In this document: one piece after another, positions 56,258 through 64,000 of the stretch
Layout of the letters: every line of letters begins with the position of its first letter
Numbering within the stretch: position 1 is the stretch's first letter
Notes under the pieces: generated by a model
Seen by the model: the letters and a program-made list of their open reading frames with translations, nothing else
The model's database searches: none
What the model was told of the DNA's origin: nothing
From: an uncultured virus (IMG/VR IMGVR_UViG_3300025410_000014)
Lineage: Duplodnaviria; Heunggongvirae; Uroviricota; Caudoviricetes
IMG/VR virus record: IMGVR_UViG_3300025410_000014
Direction: 5' to 3' (one strand)
Length of the DNA stretch: 64,000 nt
Position numbers and translations under genes: made by a program

Positions 56258-57340
56258 ATGAGTGCAATTAATTTTGGTAGTTCTGTATCGTTGAAAGAGT
56301 TTGCTCAAAGCATCGGCATTGTGGGCGAGAAGGTAACTGTGATCGGACAGGGTGAACCTGGGATTGGCAAAAGCGCCATGCTAAAAGTTCTTGGTGCGCA
56401 GTATCCCAATTATGAGTTGGCGTACATCGACTGCACCTTGCTTGACCTCGGCGACTTTGCTTTGCCCTACACCGAGGTGGTGGACAGTGAGTTTGGTATG
56501 CGTGTAACTAAGTTTGCGCCCAATGCTAGGTTCAAGATGCATATGAACAAGCCAGTTATCGTTATGCTTGACGAGATCGGCAAGGCAATGAAGGCGGTTA
56601 AGAATGTGCTATTGACTCTTATGCTAGAGCATAGGATCGGTGACAACTACTTGCCTGAAGGTTCGATTGTGTTTGGTACAACTAATCTGTTGACAGATGG
56701 TGTCGGTGACATGCTCGAAGCACATGCAAGGAATCGTGTGTGTTTTGTAACTGTGCGCAAGCCCGATGCAGATGAGTGGATTGAGTGGGCATTGGGTAAT
56801 AACATTGCACCCGAGGTTATCGCATGGGTTAAGCAGTTCCCACATGCGTTGGCAAGTTACACCGATGGTGGGCAGAAAGATAATCCGTATATCTTCAATC
56901 CACAGCGTGCTGGTATGGGTGCGGTGGTTACACCAAGAAGTTTGGAGAAGGCTAGTTACATTGCAAAGCAACGTGACCAGTTGGGTGATGCGCTGACAAT
57001 TAGTATGCTGACAGGCACTATCGGTGAGAGTGCATCAAGGGACATGCAATCGTTCTTTACTGTGGTGGACAAGTTACCTACATGGGATGCGATCATGGCT
57101 AGTCCGTTGACTGCAAAGCTACCGACAGATGCAGTAGCTAAATGCATACTGGTGTTCAGTGCAATTAGTAGAGTAGAGAAAGATACTCTGAGCAAGTGGA
57201 TGTCCTACGTACAACGTATGGACAAGGAGTGGCAAGCGTTGTTTGCTACGAGTGTGATGAAGTCTCCAAGCAAACAAGCGTTCTGCGTGTTGCAGAAAGA
57301 CTTCAAGGATTGGGCGTTGAACAATCAATGGTTGTTCTAA
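56258..57340 (+). CDS. MoxR/CobS-like AAA+ ATPase
   Basis: Walker A GEPGIGKS, Walker B MLDE, sensor TTN, arginine finger NR, TPRS. Confidence 0.85.
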   Translation: MSAINFGSSVSLKEFAQSIGIVGEKVTVIGQGEPGIGKSAMLKVLGAQYPNYELAYIDCTLLDLGDFALPYTEVVDSEFGMRVTKFAPNARFKMHMNKPVIVMLDEIGKAMKAVKNVLLTLMLEHRIGDNYLPEGSIVFGTTNLLTDGVGDMLEAHARNRVCFVTVRKPDADEWIEWALGNNIAPEVIAWVKQFPHALASYTDGGQKDNPYIFNPQRAGMGAVVTPRSLEKASYIAKQRDQLGDALTISMLTGTIGESASRDMQSFFTVVDKLPTWDAIMASPLTAKLPTDAVAKCILVFSAISRVEKDTLSKWMSYVQRMDKEWQALFATSVMKSPSKQAFCVLQKDFKDWALNNQWLF

Positions 57341-57362
57341 TTTATTAACAGGAGTTCATAAA

Positions 57363-58568
57363 ATGACATTGAGTGCAGAACAAAGAGTACAGAAGGCACA
57401 CGTTGCCTTGATGAAAGACCCCAAGTACTGTTGGTATTCGGGTATCTTTATGGTCGGTGAAACAAGCGTGAAGGATGATGTCCCAACTGCTTGTACCGAT
57501 GGTCGCAACACTATGTATGGTAGAGCGTTCGTTGAGAAGATGGATGACAAGGGACTGCGTGCAGTTATCTTGCATGAGAATCTACACAAGGCTTTCCGAC
57601 ATACTACTACATGGAGACATCTCTATGATGAACATGCACAGTTGGCTAACATGGCGTGTGACTTTGTTATCAACATAATGATCGAAGATTCTGATATGAA
57701 TGGGTCGTTCGTTAGGTTGCCCGATATGGCGTTGCTTGATCCGAAGTATCGGGGATGGGATGCTGGGTCGGTGTACAAGGACTTGATGCAACAAGCACAG
57801 GGTGGGTCGGTGCATGTGAAGACAGTCGGCAATCCACAAGGCAAGGACATACCAGTTGACAACGAGTCGGGGTATGGTGGCTTTGATGAGCATGACTGGG
57901 ATGGTGCGAAGGATATGACCAAGGAAGAGCAGAATAAACTAGCACGAGACATTGACCAAGCGTTGCGTCAGGGTGCGATACTTGCGGGCAAAATGAGTGC
58001 CAACGTACCGAGGGAAGTGACCGATGAACTAAAAGCCAAGGTCGATTGGCGTGAAGCTATGCGTGAGTTCGTCACATCGTTCTGTATGGATAAGGATGAG
58101 AGCACATGGCGTAGACCAAATCGTAGGTGGATAGACCAAGATGTTTACATGCCATCATTGATCGGTGAGTCGGTCGGTCGTATCGTGGTGGCTATTGATA
58201 TGTCAGGGTCGATTGGTAGCGAGGAGATCGGGCAGTTCCTTGGTGAGGTGCGCAAGATATGCGAGACTGTTAGACCCGAAGGTATCGACTTGATCTATTG
58301 GGATACCGAGGTGTGCTCGCATGAGAAGTACGAGCAAGACCAACTCGACAACTTGTTGTCCAGTACTAAACCCAAGGGTGGGGGCGGTACTGATGTAGCG
58401 TGCGTGCCTATCTATATGCGAGAGCATAGGATCAAGGCTGAGTGTTCGGTTATCTTAACCGATGGTTATCTAGGTGGAGACTGGGGTGTGTGGGATTGTC
58501 CAACACTATGGGGTATCACAAGTGAGGTTACTTCAGATGTTGGTAAGACTATTCACATCGAAGCATAA
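57363..58568 (+). CDS. Metallopeptidase-vWA fusion (DUF2201-like)
   Basis: TACTDG, HExxH LHENLH, N.ACD..IN; MIDAS DMSGS, GGGT, LTDG. Confidence 0.85.
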   Translation: MTLSAEQRVQKAHVALMKDPKYCWYSGIFMVGETSVKDDVPTACTDGRNTMYGRAFVEKMDDKGLRAVILHENLHKAFRHTTTWRHLYDEHAQLANMACDFVINIMIEDSDMNGSFVRLPDMALLDPKYRGWDAGSVYKDLMQQAQGGSVHVKTVGNPQGKDIPVDNESGYGGFDEHDWDGAKDMTKEEQNKLARDIDQALRQGAILAGKMSANVPREVTDELKAKVDWREAMREFVTSFCMDKDESTWRRPNRRWIDQDVYMPSLIGESVGRIVVAIDMSGSIGSEEIGQFLGEVRKICETVRPEGIDLIYWDTEVCSHEKYEQDQLDNLLSSTKPKGGGGTDVACVPIYMREHRIKAECSVILTDGYLGGDWGVWDCPTLWGITSEVTSDVGKTIHIEA

Positions 58569-58603
58569 TTTATTAACAGGTGTTAACAAAAAGGAGAGTG
58601 CAA

Positions 58604-59437
58604 ATGATTCAGAACAGTGCAATGCTAGTTGACTTGAACATCAGTGTATGGACAGGTCGCAAGATGGATAAGAAAGTATCCGAGGAGATTGATGCGAGCA
58701 AGGGTACGAAGTCAAGGGCTGGCAACTATCATAAAAAGTTATTGGCGGGTACGGATCGGTTGGATGAGTTACAGAAACTTGTTACCAAGATTCGTACTTG
58801 GCATTACGAGCAGACCTTGCCTTGGTCGGATGGCGGTTCACGCTTGCTACCAATGAAAAACTTCTTTGATTACAAGGCTACGCTTGGAGACTTTGAGCGT
58901 CAGTTGGAAGGTGAGGTACAAATGTTCTTGCAAGAGTACGACACGCTAGTAACGGCGGCGGCTTTCCAGTTGGGTGATTTGTTTGACTCGGAAGAGTATC
59001 CTACTGCTGAGAGTTTGAAGAGCAAGTTCAAGTTTAAGTATGTGTTCTTGCCAGTGCCTGATGTAGGTGACTTTAGGATTGAGGTAAATGATGCCCACAA
59101 GGAAGAGCTGAAGGCCCAGTATGAAGAGTTCTACAACAACAAGTTGGCAGATGCTATGAAAGATGCATGGGATAGATTGCACGATTGCCTGACACGCATG
59201 AGCACAAAGTTGGCGGGCGAGGATAAGCAGATATTCAGAGACTCATTGGTGAATAATGCATCAGACCTATGCGAGTTGCTTACTAAGTTGAACGTGACTG
59301 GTGACTCTAAATTAGAGTTTGCTAGAAAGAAGTTGGAGAGTGCGCTTGTAGGTGTCACGGCCAGCGAGTTACGCAAGGACGATGATCTGCGTCTTGACGT
59401 GAAAGCCAAGGTCGATGAGATCTTGGGTATGTTTTGA
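58604..59437 (+). CDS. Helical protein (DUF3150-like)
   Basis: AAGGAG RBS; WTGRK.D, TLPWSD.G.RLLP; follows AAA/vWA pair; family label from memory. Confidence 0.6.
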   Translation: MIQNSAMLVDLNISVWTGRKMDKKVSEEIDASKGTKSRAGNYHKKLLAGTDRLDELQKLVTKIRTWHYEQTLPWSDGGSRLLPMKNFFDYKATLGDFERQLEGEVQMFLQEYDTLVTAAAFQLGDLFDSEEYPTAESLKSKFKFKYVFLPVPDVGDFRIEVNDAHKEELKAQYEEFYNNKLADAMKDAWDRLHDCLTRMSTKLAGEDKQIFRDSLVNNASDLCELLTKLNVTGDSKLEFARKKLESALVGVTASELRKDDDLRLDVKAKVDEILGMF

Positions 59438-59685
59438 TGAGTAGTATCAAGGAAGGCGATTGGGTGCTTACAAAGAGTAATCGAATTGGGTATGTAGCGT
59501 TTGAAGACCTTGCGTTTAAGAAGGACAACCCTCATGTGTATTTGTATTTTTGGGGTGATGAGTTTCATTGCCGTAGTTACAAAACCAATTCGTTAACCAA
59601 AGTAGAACCCGCAATTGCCAAATTATTAACAGATGTTCATAAAGAACAAGTCAATGGTCTTAAAGGAGATAGTGCAAATGATTAA
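59434..59685 (+). CDS. Hypothetical protein
   Basis: Coupled to upstream stop; IKEGDWV start. Confidence 0.55.
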   Translation: MMSSIKEGDWVLTKSNRIGYVAFEDLAFKKDNPHVYLYFWGDEFHCRSYKTNSLTKVEPAIAKLLTDVHKEQVNGLKGDSAND

Positions 59686-60505
59686 CATAATCAACCCAAA
59701 CAACATAGTATTGAACCCAAAACTTTCTGCTCTTTTGACAGACTTCAAGCGCAAGCAAGTCAGTAGGTTTCCAATCAATGCAAAGATAGAGAACGAGTAC
59801 TTAATCAGGTTTTTTGATAGCAGAGTGTCGTACGCACAAAACACCAAGATAGAAAACATTATTGGTGAGTTGAAACTTGACGGCCTTGATGATAAGAACA
59901 GGCAGTACATACGGATTGACAGTCGGCTAATCAACAACGAAAAATACAGTGACTACAATATAAATTATTATTCAAGGCAGACTGTTGATGATAAGAAAGT
60001 ATCTAAGTGGATGCGTGATTACTTGAAGCCATTTAGTATTGATGAGATTATAGGTAAAACGGCGTACATGGCTGAGAGCAAAGTAAATATGTGGATTGAT
60101 CAACCGAAGAATCTAGTCCATGATCTAGTGAGTAATAGTAAGTCCGACATCATGCAAGAACTATATGCAATGAAACAAGCGGGGCTAGAACCAGTCACCA
60201 ATACATTCAAGAAGTACATGGGTGATGCTATGAATGCGTACGAGGATTGGTTAGAGCGTAAGAAAAAGAAGTTCTCACGTACTCATGTATTCATTAATCC
60301 AGATGAGTCTGTGGTGATCACAATAAAAGATGATGAGAGTAAAAGCAACACTACTACATACGAGAGCCTAGCGGAGTGCCCAAGTATCATACAACAAAAT
60401 GTCACGTTGTTGCGTATGTTGGAAGGTGATAACTTTATACCTCAAGTCGGTATGCGATCTAGCAAGGTTGAGTTTTGGATTGAGACTCACACAGATAGCG
60501 AATAA
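59678..60505 (+). CDS. Hypothetical protein
   Basis: AAGGAG RBS before MINIINP. Confidence 0.75.
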   Translation: MINIINPNNIVLNPKLSALLTDFKRKQVSRFPINAKIENEYLIRFFDSRVSYAQNTKIENIIGELKLDGLDDKNRQYIRIDSRLINNEKYSDYNINYYSRQTVDDKKVSKWMRDYLKPFSIDEIIGKTAYMAESKVNMWIDQPKNLVHDLVSNSKSDIMQELYAMKQAGLEPVTNTFKKYMGDAMNAYEDWLERKKKKFSRTHVFINPDESVVITIKDDESKSNTTTYESLAECPSIIQQNVTLLRMLEGDNFIPQVGMRSSKVEFWIETHTDSE

Positions 60506-60530
60506 ATAATAAAAATATTATTTATAACCC

Positions 60531-60558
60531 TTGACAAATTGCGAAATGACCCTATACT
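60531..60558 (+). promoter_or_regulatory. Sigma70-type promoter
   Basis: TTGACA, 16 nt, TATACT with AT-rich upstream region. Confidence 0.65.
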
Positions 60559-60564
60559 ATGGAT

Positions 60565-60846
60565 ATGATTAAGAATCCATACGTGGCATCTCTCTTAGAC
60601 ATAAACGACTGGCACAACATCAATGTGATGAACAATCGCAACGATGAGACCTTTCAAGTTATGCGTAGAGATGTGCCCCACTACATTAACGAGCGCATCG
60701 CTTTGTTAAAACTGTGCGAGCCTAAAAATAATAACGAAGATGAAGATGAGTTAATAGGTAGACGCATCAAGCATAACATGATGGTGCTTTATCTTACTCA
60801 CGATGAGTTTGTTGAGTTAAAGAAAATATCAAGGAGTGCACAATGA
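60565..60846 (+). CDS. Hypothetical protein (possibly leaderless)
   Basis: ORF begins 7 nt after the -10 hexamer. Confidence 0.65.
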   Translation: MIKNPYVASLLDINDWHNINVMNNRNDETFQVMRRDVPHYINERIALLKLCEPKNNNEDEDELIGRRIKHNMMVLYLTHDEFVELKKISRSAQ

Positions 60847-60847
60847 C

Positions 60848-61174
60848 ATGACCCCCGAAAAGAAAGTAAAAGATAAAGTGAAAGCCATGCTCAAAGATAG
60901 AGGTGCATATTATTTTATGCCCGCTACTCATGGGTATGGTGCATCAGGTGTTGCTGACATCGTTGCTTGTTTGCATGGTAAATTTATTGCTATTGAGTGT
61001 AAGGCTAATGGTAATAAGCCGACAGGATTGCAGATAAAGAACATGCTTGATGTTAGTAAGTCGGGCGGTATAGCCATAACGATTGATGAGTCGGGGTACG
61101 AGGAGTTGGAGATGTTCTTGGCACACCTTGACCCTAAACACATTGGCGGTATGGTGATCACATTACTCAAATGA
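60848..61174 (+). CDS. VRR-NUC / PD-(D/E)xK nuclease (resolvase candidate)
   Basis: TPEKKVK, SGVADIVAC, FIAIECKA, KPTGLQ. Confidence 0.85.
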   Translation: MTPEKKVKDKVKAMLKDRGAYYFMPATHGYGASGVADIVACLHGKFIAIECKANGNKPTGLQIKNMLDVSKSGGIAITIDESGYEELEMFLAHLDPKHIGGMVITLLK

Positions 61175-61383
61175 GATCGAAACCCACAGATGGCACTGCA
61201 CGTAGACTGACTGCTAAGTTGCAGGGGAAGTACGCAGTGTCTGTTAAAGATGTTGCTAGGTTACTTGGTATAAGTGATCGACACGCAGAGCGATACATCA
61301 GTCGCTTGCAAGCAGAAGGTATTATTTTTTTGAGGTATCGACAAAGACGATACAACTATTATTCAATCAGGAGAAATAAATGA
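61171..61383 (+). CDS. Winged-HTH DNA-binding protein
   Basis: VSVKDVARLLGISDRHAERYISRLQAEG. Confidence 0.7.
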   Translation: MRSKPTDGTARRLTAKLQGKYAVSVKDVARLLGISDRHAERYISRLQAEGIIFLRYRQRRYNYYSIRRNK

Positions 61384-61682
61384 AAGTAGATAGAGTTGCT
61401 GACTTATTAACATCTGTTAATAAAACATTTGGTATTGATGATGTGGATTTAATTATCATTGGTAGTGTGGAGCGTGAACGAAAAGTGGGAAATAAATTAA
61501 CTATCATGAATTTTGTGGATAACTTCCGCAGAACATCGCCAGCCAACACGCATAGACGCATCAAAAAATTGTGCACAAAGAAATTGCTTGAGAAAGTTGG
61601 TTCAGAAGATAGCGGTCGGGTTAAGTTTCTAGCCACAGGCAAAAGGTTTACAGAGTTGCACGCACACTTGATGGAGGTGTGA
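61380..61682 (+). CDS. MarR-like winged-HTH protein
   Basis: AGGAG RBS; SPANTHRRIKKL..KKLL....EDSGRVK pattern. Confidence 0.6.
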   Translation: MKVDRVADLLTSVNKTFGIDDVDLIIIGSVERERKVGNKLTIMNFVDNFRRTSPANTHRRIKKLCTKKLLEKVGSEDSGRVKFLATGKRFTELHAHLMEV

Positions 61683-61683
61683 C

Positions 61684-62025
61684 ATGGAAATATCTAATGG
61701 TGTACAAGCGTTAGTGAACCGCATGAATGATTACCCCGAAGAGTTCTTTGACCCAACCAAGAACGAAAGATGGTCATTCATTTATAAAGACACATTTAGA
61801 GATGTTTTGTCTGAGCCTGAAAAAGCCATGATTCACACCGCTCTAAAAGAAGTTCGTAGGAAAGAGTTTGAATCGTTGATCGTGCAACAGATATTCAAGG
61901 AAGAGAACAAAATCAATTACATGTCGTATGGTAAGGCTATCGTTCAAGGAGAAGGTCAACCAGTTAACATTGATGATTTAAGGTTGCCCGCAGATTATGT
62001 GGCTAAAAGGCTAGGTCAAAAATGA
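61684..62025 (+). CDS. Hypothetical protein
   Basis: GGAGG RBS; GV..L..RM...PEEF. Confidence 0.7.
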   Translation: MEISNGVQALVNRMNDYPEEFFDPTKNERWSFIYKDTFRDVLSEPEKAMIHTALKEVRRKEFESLIVQQIFKEENKINYMSYGKAIVQGEGQPVNIDDLRLPADYVAKRLGQK

Positions 62026-63848
62026 ATCTAATAACCATAGATTTTGAAACGTACTACTCTAAAGAGTTTAGTCTATCCAAGATGACGACTGAAGAGTATG
62101 TGCGACATGATGACTTTGAAGTTATCGGGGTATCCGTCAAGGAGAATGATGATGACGCTATTTGGTTTACTGGTGATGATGCTGAGATTGCTGAGTTTCT
62201 TGGTCACTATGATTGGAGCAATTCTTTTGTACTTGCCCATAACGCTCAGTTTGACGGCGCTATTCTCACTTGGAGGTTTAATATTAAACCGAAGGCTTGG
62301 CTTGACACATTGTGCATGGCACGTGCAACGCATGGGGTCGAGGTCGGTGGTAGTCTTGCGTTTCTTGTGGAAAAATATTCGTTGGGCGCAAAGGGGACAG
62401 AGGTTGTTAGTGCCCTCGGAAAAAGACGCAATCATTTTAATGCTGATGATCTCCATGCATATGGTCGATATTGCATTAATGACGTGGAACTGACAAAGAA
62501 GTTGTTCGATGTATTCATGAAGACTTTCCCGGCGAAGGAGTTAAAAGTCATTGATACAACTTTACGTATGTTCATTGAACCGACTCTGGAGCTAAACTTA
62601 CCAATGCTTGAATCTCATTTAGAGAGTGTCAAGGATAAGAAAGCGCAGTTGTTACAAGCGGTGGATGCCGATAAAGATTCATTGATGAGCAACGACAAGT
62701 TTGCTGAGTTGTTGACGATGCTGAAGGTTGACCCGCCCAAAAAGATTAGCGCACGCACAGGCAAAGAAGCATGGGCATTTGCTAAGACTGACGAGGAGTT
62801 TAAGGAGTTGCTTGAGCATCCTGATCCAAGGGTGCAAGCGTTGGTGTCCGCACGGCTTGGTCTAAAGACTACGCTAGAAGAAACACGCACACAACGATTC
62901 ATTGAGATTGCTTACAGGGGCAAGTTACCAGTACCCATAAAGTATTATGCGGCGCACACAGGTCGGTGGGGTGGTGACGATAAGATCAACCTACAAAATC
63001 TTCCTAGTCGTGGCAACAATGCGGGCAAGTTGAAGATGTCCATTGAAGCACCTGATGGGTATGTGATTATTGATTGTGATTCTGCTCAGATCGAAGCACG
63101 CACACTGGCGTGGTTAGCGGGGCAAAATGATTTAGTGGAGGCATTTGAGAATGGCGAGGATGTTTACAAGATCATGGCATCGGCTATCTACAACAAGAAA
63201 GCAGAAGATGTCACAAAAGAAGAGCGGTTCGTTGGCAAGACGACAATCCTCGGTGCGGGGTACGGGATGGGAGCGGTTAAGTTTAGTGCGCAACTTAAAA
63301 ATTTTGGCACAGACATTGGGGAACAGGAGTCAAAGCATATTATCGAGACGTATCGCAAAACGTACCCTAAAATTGTTGATCTTTGGCGAGAGTCACAGAA
63401 GTGTCTGAACGCTATCGTGTCGGGTAATGCAAGTACATTTGGTGCAGTTGATGCGGTTAAGTTTGACCCAATAGAGAAAGGGTTTCTACTGCCTAGTGGA
63501 CTGTGGCAACGATACGATACTCTCGAAAAGACATTTGATGCTGATGGCAAAGAGCAGTATCAATACAAGACACGCAAGGGTATGGTCAAAATCTATGGGG
63601 GTAAAGTCGTAGAGAACATATGCCAAGCAGTTGCACGATGTGTTATTGCCGAACAGATGTTGATGATCGCCAAGAAATACAAGGTTGTACTGACTGTGCA
63701 CGATGCGGTGGCTTGCATCGCACCACAAGCAGAAGCTGATGAAGCTAGAGCGTACGTAGAAACATGTATGCGTTGGAGACCTGATTGGGCGAAGGCCCTA
63801 CCTTTGAACTGCGAGTCAGGCATGGGCAAGAACTATGGAGAGTGTTGA
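62022..63848 (+). CDS. Family A DNA polymerase with 3'-5' exonuclease domain
   Basis: ExoI IDFETY, ExoII HNAQFD, ExoIII YCINDV; motif A DSAQIEAR, B RFVGKTTILGAGYG, C TVHDA. Confidence 0.92.
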   Translation: MNLITIDFETYYSKEFSLSKMTTEEYVRHDDFEVIGVSVKENDDDAIWFTGDDAEIAEFLGHYDWSNSFVLAHNAQFDGAILTWRFNIKPKAWLDTLCMARATHGVEVGGSLAFLVEKYSLGAKGTEVVSALGKRRNHFNADDLHAYGRYCINDVELTKKLFDVFMKTFPAKELKVIDTTLRMFIEPTLELNLPMLESHLESVKDKKAQLLQAVDADKDSLMSNDKFAELLTMLKVDPPKKISARTGKEAWAFAKTDEEFKELLEHPDPRVQALVSARLGLKTTLEETRTQRFIEIAYRGKLPVPIKYYAAHTGRWGGDDKINLQNLPSRGNNAGKLKMSIEAPDGYVIIDCDSAQIEARTLAWLAGQNDLVEAFENGEDVYKIMASAIYNKKAEDVTKEERFVGKTTILGAGYGMGAVKFSAQLKNFGTDIGEQESKHIIETYRKTYPKIVDLWRESQKCLNAIVSGNASTFGAVDAVKFDPIEKGFLLPSGLWQRYDTLEKTFDADGKEQYQYKTRKGMVKIYGGKVVENICQAVARCVIAEQMLMIAKKYKVVLTVHDAVACIAPQAEADEARAYVETCMRWRPDWAKALPLNCESGMGKNYGEC

Positions 63849-64000
63849 TGTATAACTTTATGAGCATGACTAAACAAGTCCATAAAAAACCGCCATCACG
63901 GGAGTTATGTTTGTTCTTGGCTAAAAGATTTGCTGAGATGAATATAAAAACAGTTCAGAATCTATCATGGCACTATTTGTTTTGCTATGTAATGTACGAC
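63848..64000 (+). CDS. Partial hypothetical protein running off the window end
   Basis: ATG overlaps polymerase stop (TGATG); frame open to position 64000. Confidence 0.5.
   Translation, partial: MYNFMSMTKQVHKKPPSRELCLFLAKRFAEMNIKTVQNLSWHYLFCYVMYD

Larger units (their letters stand above)
52721..61422. promoter_or_regulatory. Eleven dispersed 18-bp palindromic operator-like sites, consensus TRTTAAC-N4-GTTMATA
   Basis: Starts at 52721, 52822, 53497, 54017, 54614, 55228, 56227, 57343, 58571, 59624, 61405. Confidence 0.75.

Noticed and set aside
50417..63848. Introns or inteins in terL, the AAA ATPase or the DNA polymerase
   Set aside because: The ORFs are continuous and of ordinary length, with motifs at normal spacing.
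1..64000. Integrase/att site, tRNA genes, stop-codon reassignment
   Set aside because: No recombinase motifs or cloverleafs were seen by eye, and genes tile densely under the standard code. tRNAscan-SE was not run.

Overview
The window is most of the genome of a tailed dsDNA bacteriophage with podovirus-like architecture: large internal/ejection proteins and no recognisable tape-measure or tail-tube operon. It resembles uncultured freshwater Caudoviricetes. An embedded Rz/Rz1 spanin pair implies a Gram-negative host. There are two transcriptional arms. (1) A + strand early/replication arm starts at about 52.8 kb (small early genes, MoxR-type AAA ATPase, metallopeptidase-vWA protein, VRR-NUC, HTH proteins, family A DNA polymerase). 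It probably continues at the window start (1-8.8 kb: array of related small genes, HNH-like gene, SNF2 helicase, primase-helicase). (2) A - strand late arm runs 52.5 kb to 8.8 kb (terS, terL, portal, GroES, scaffold, Mu-gpT-like major capsid, GIY-YIG gene, small basic virion proteins, tail/fibre genes, lysis cassette, ejection proteins). The most notable unexplained structures are: an array of small genes built from DNA-level repeated modules (RTWVGLT / IEAKLKERNT) at 16-1958; eleven copies of an 18-bp palindrome through the early arm; a mirror-symmetric TGTTCC/GGAACA iteron-like region with IHF-like sites (candidate origin); a double-pseudoknot RNA downstream of the capsid gene; and a 42% histidine protein. 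No integrase, reverse transcriptase, tRNA or CRISPR array was seen. All product calls come from motif recognition by eye, not database searches.
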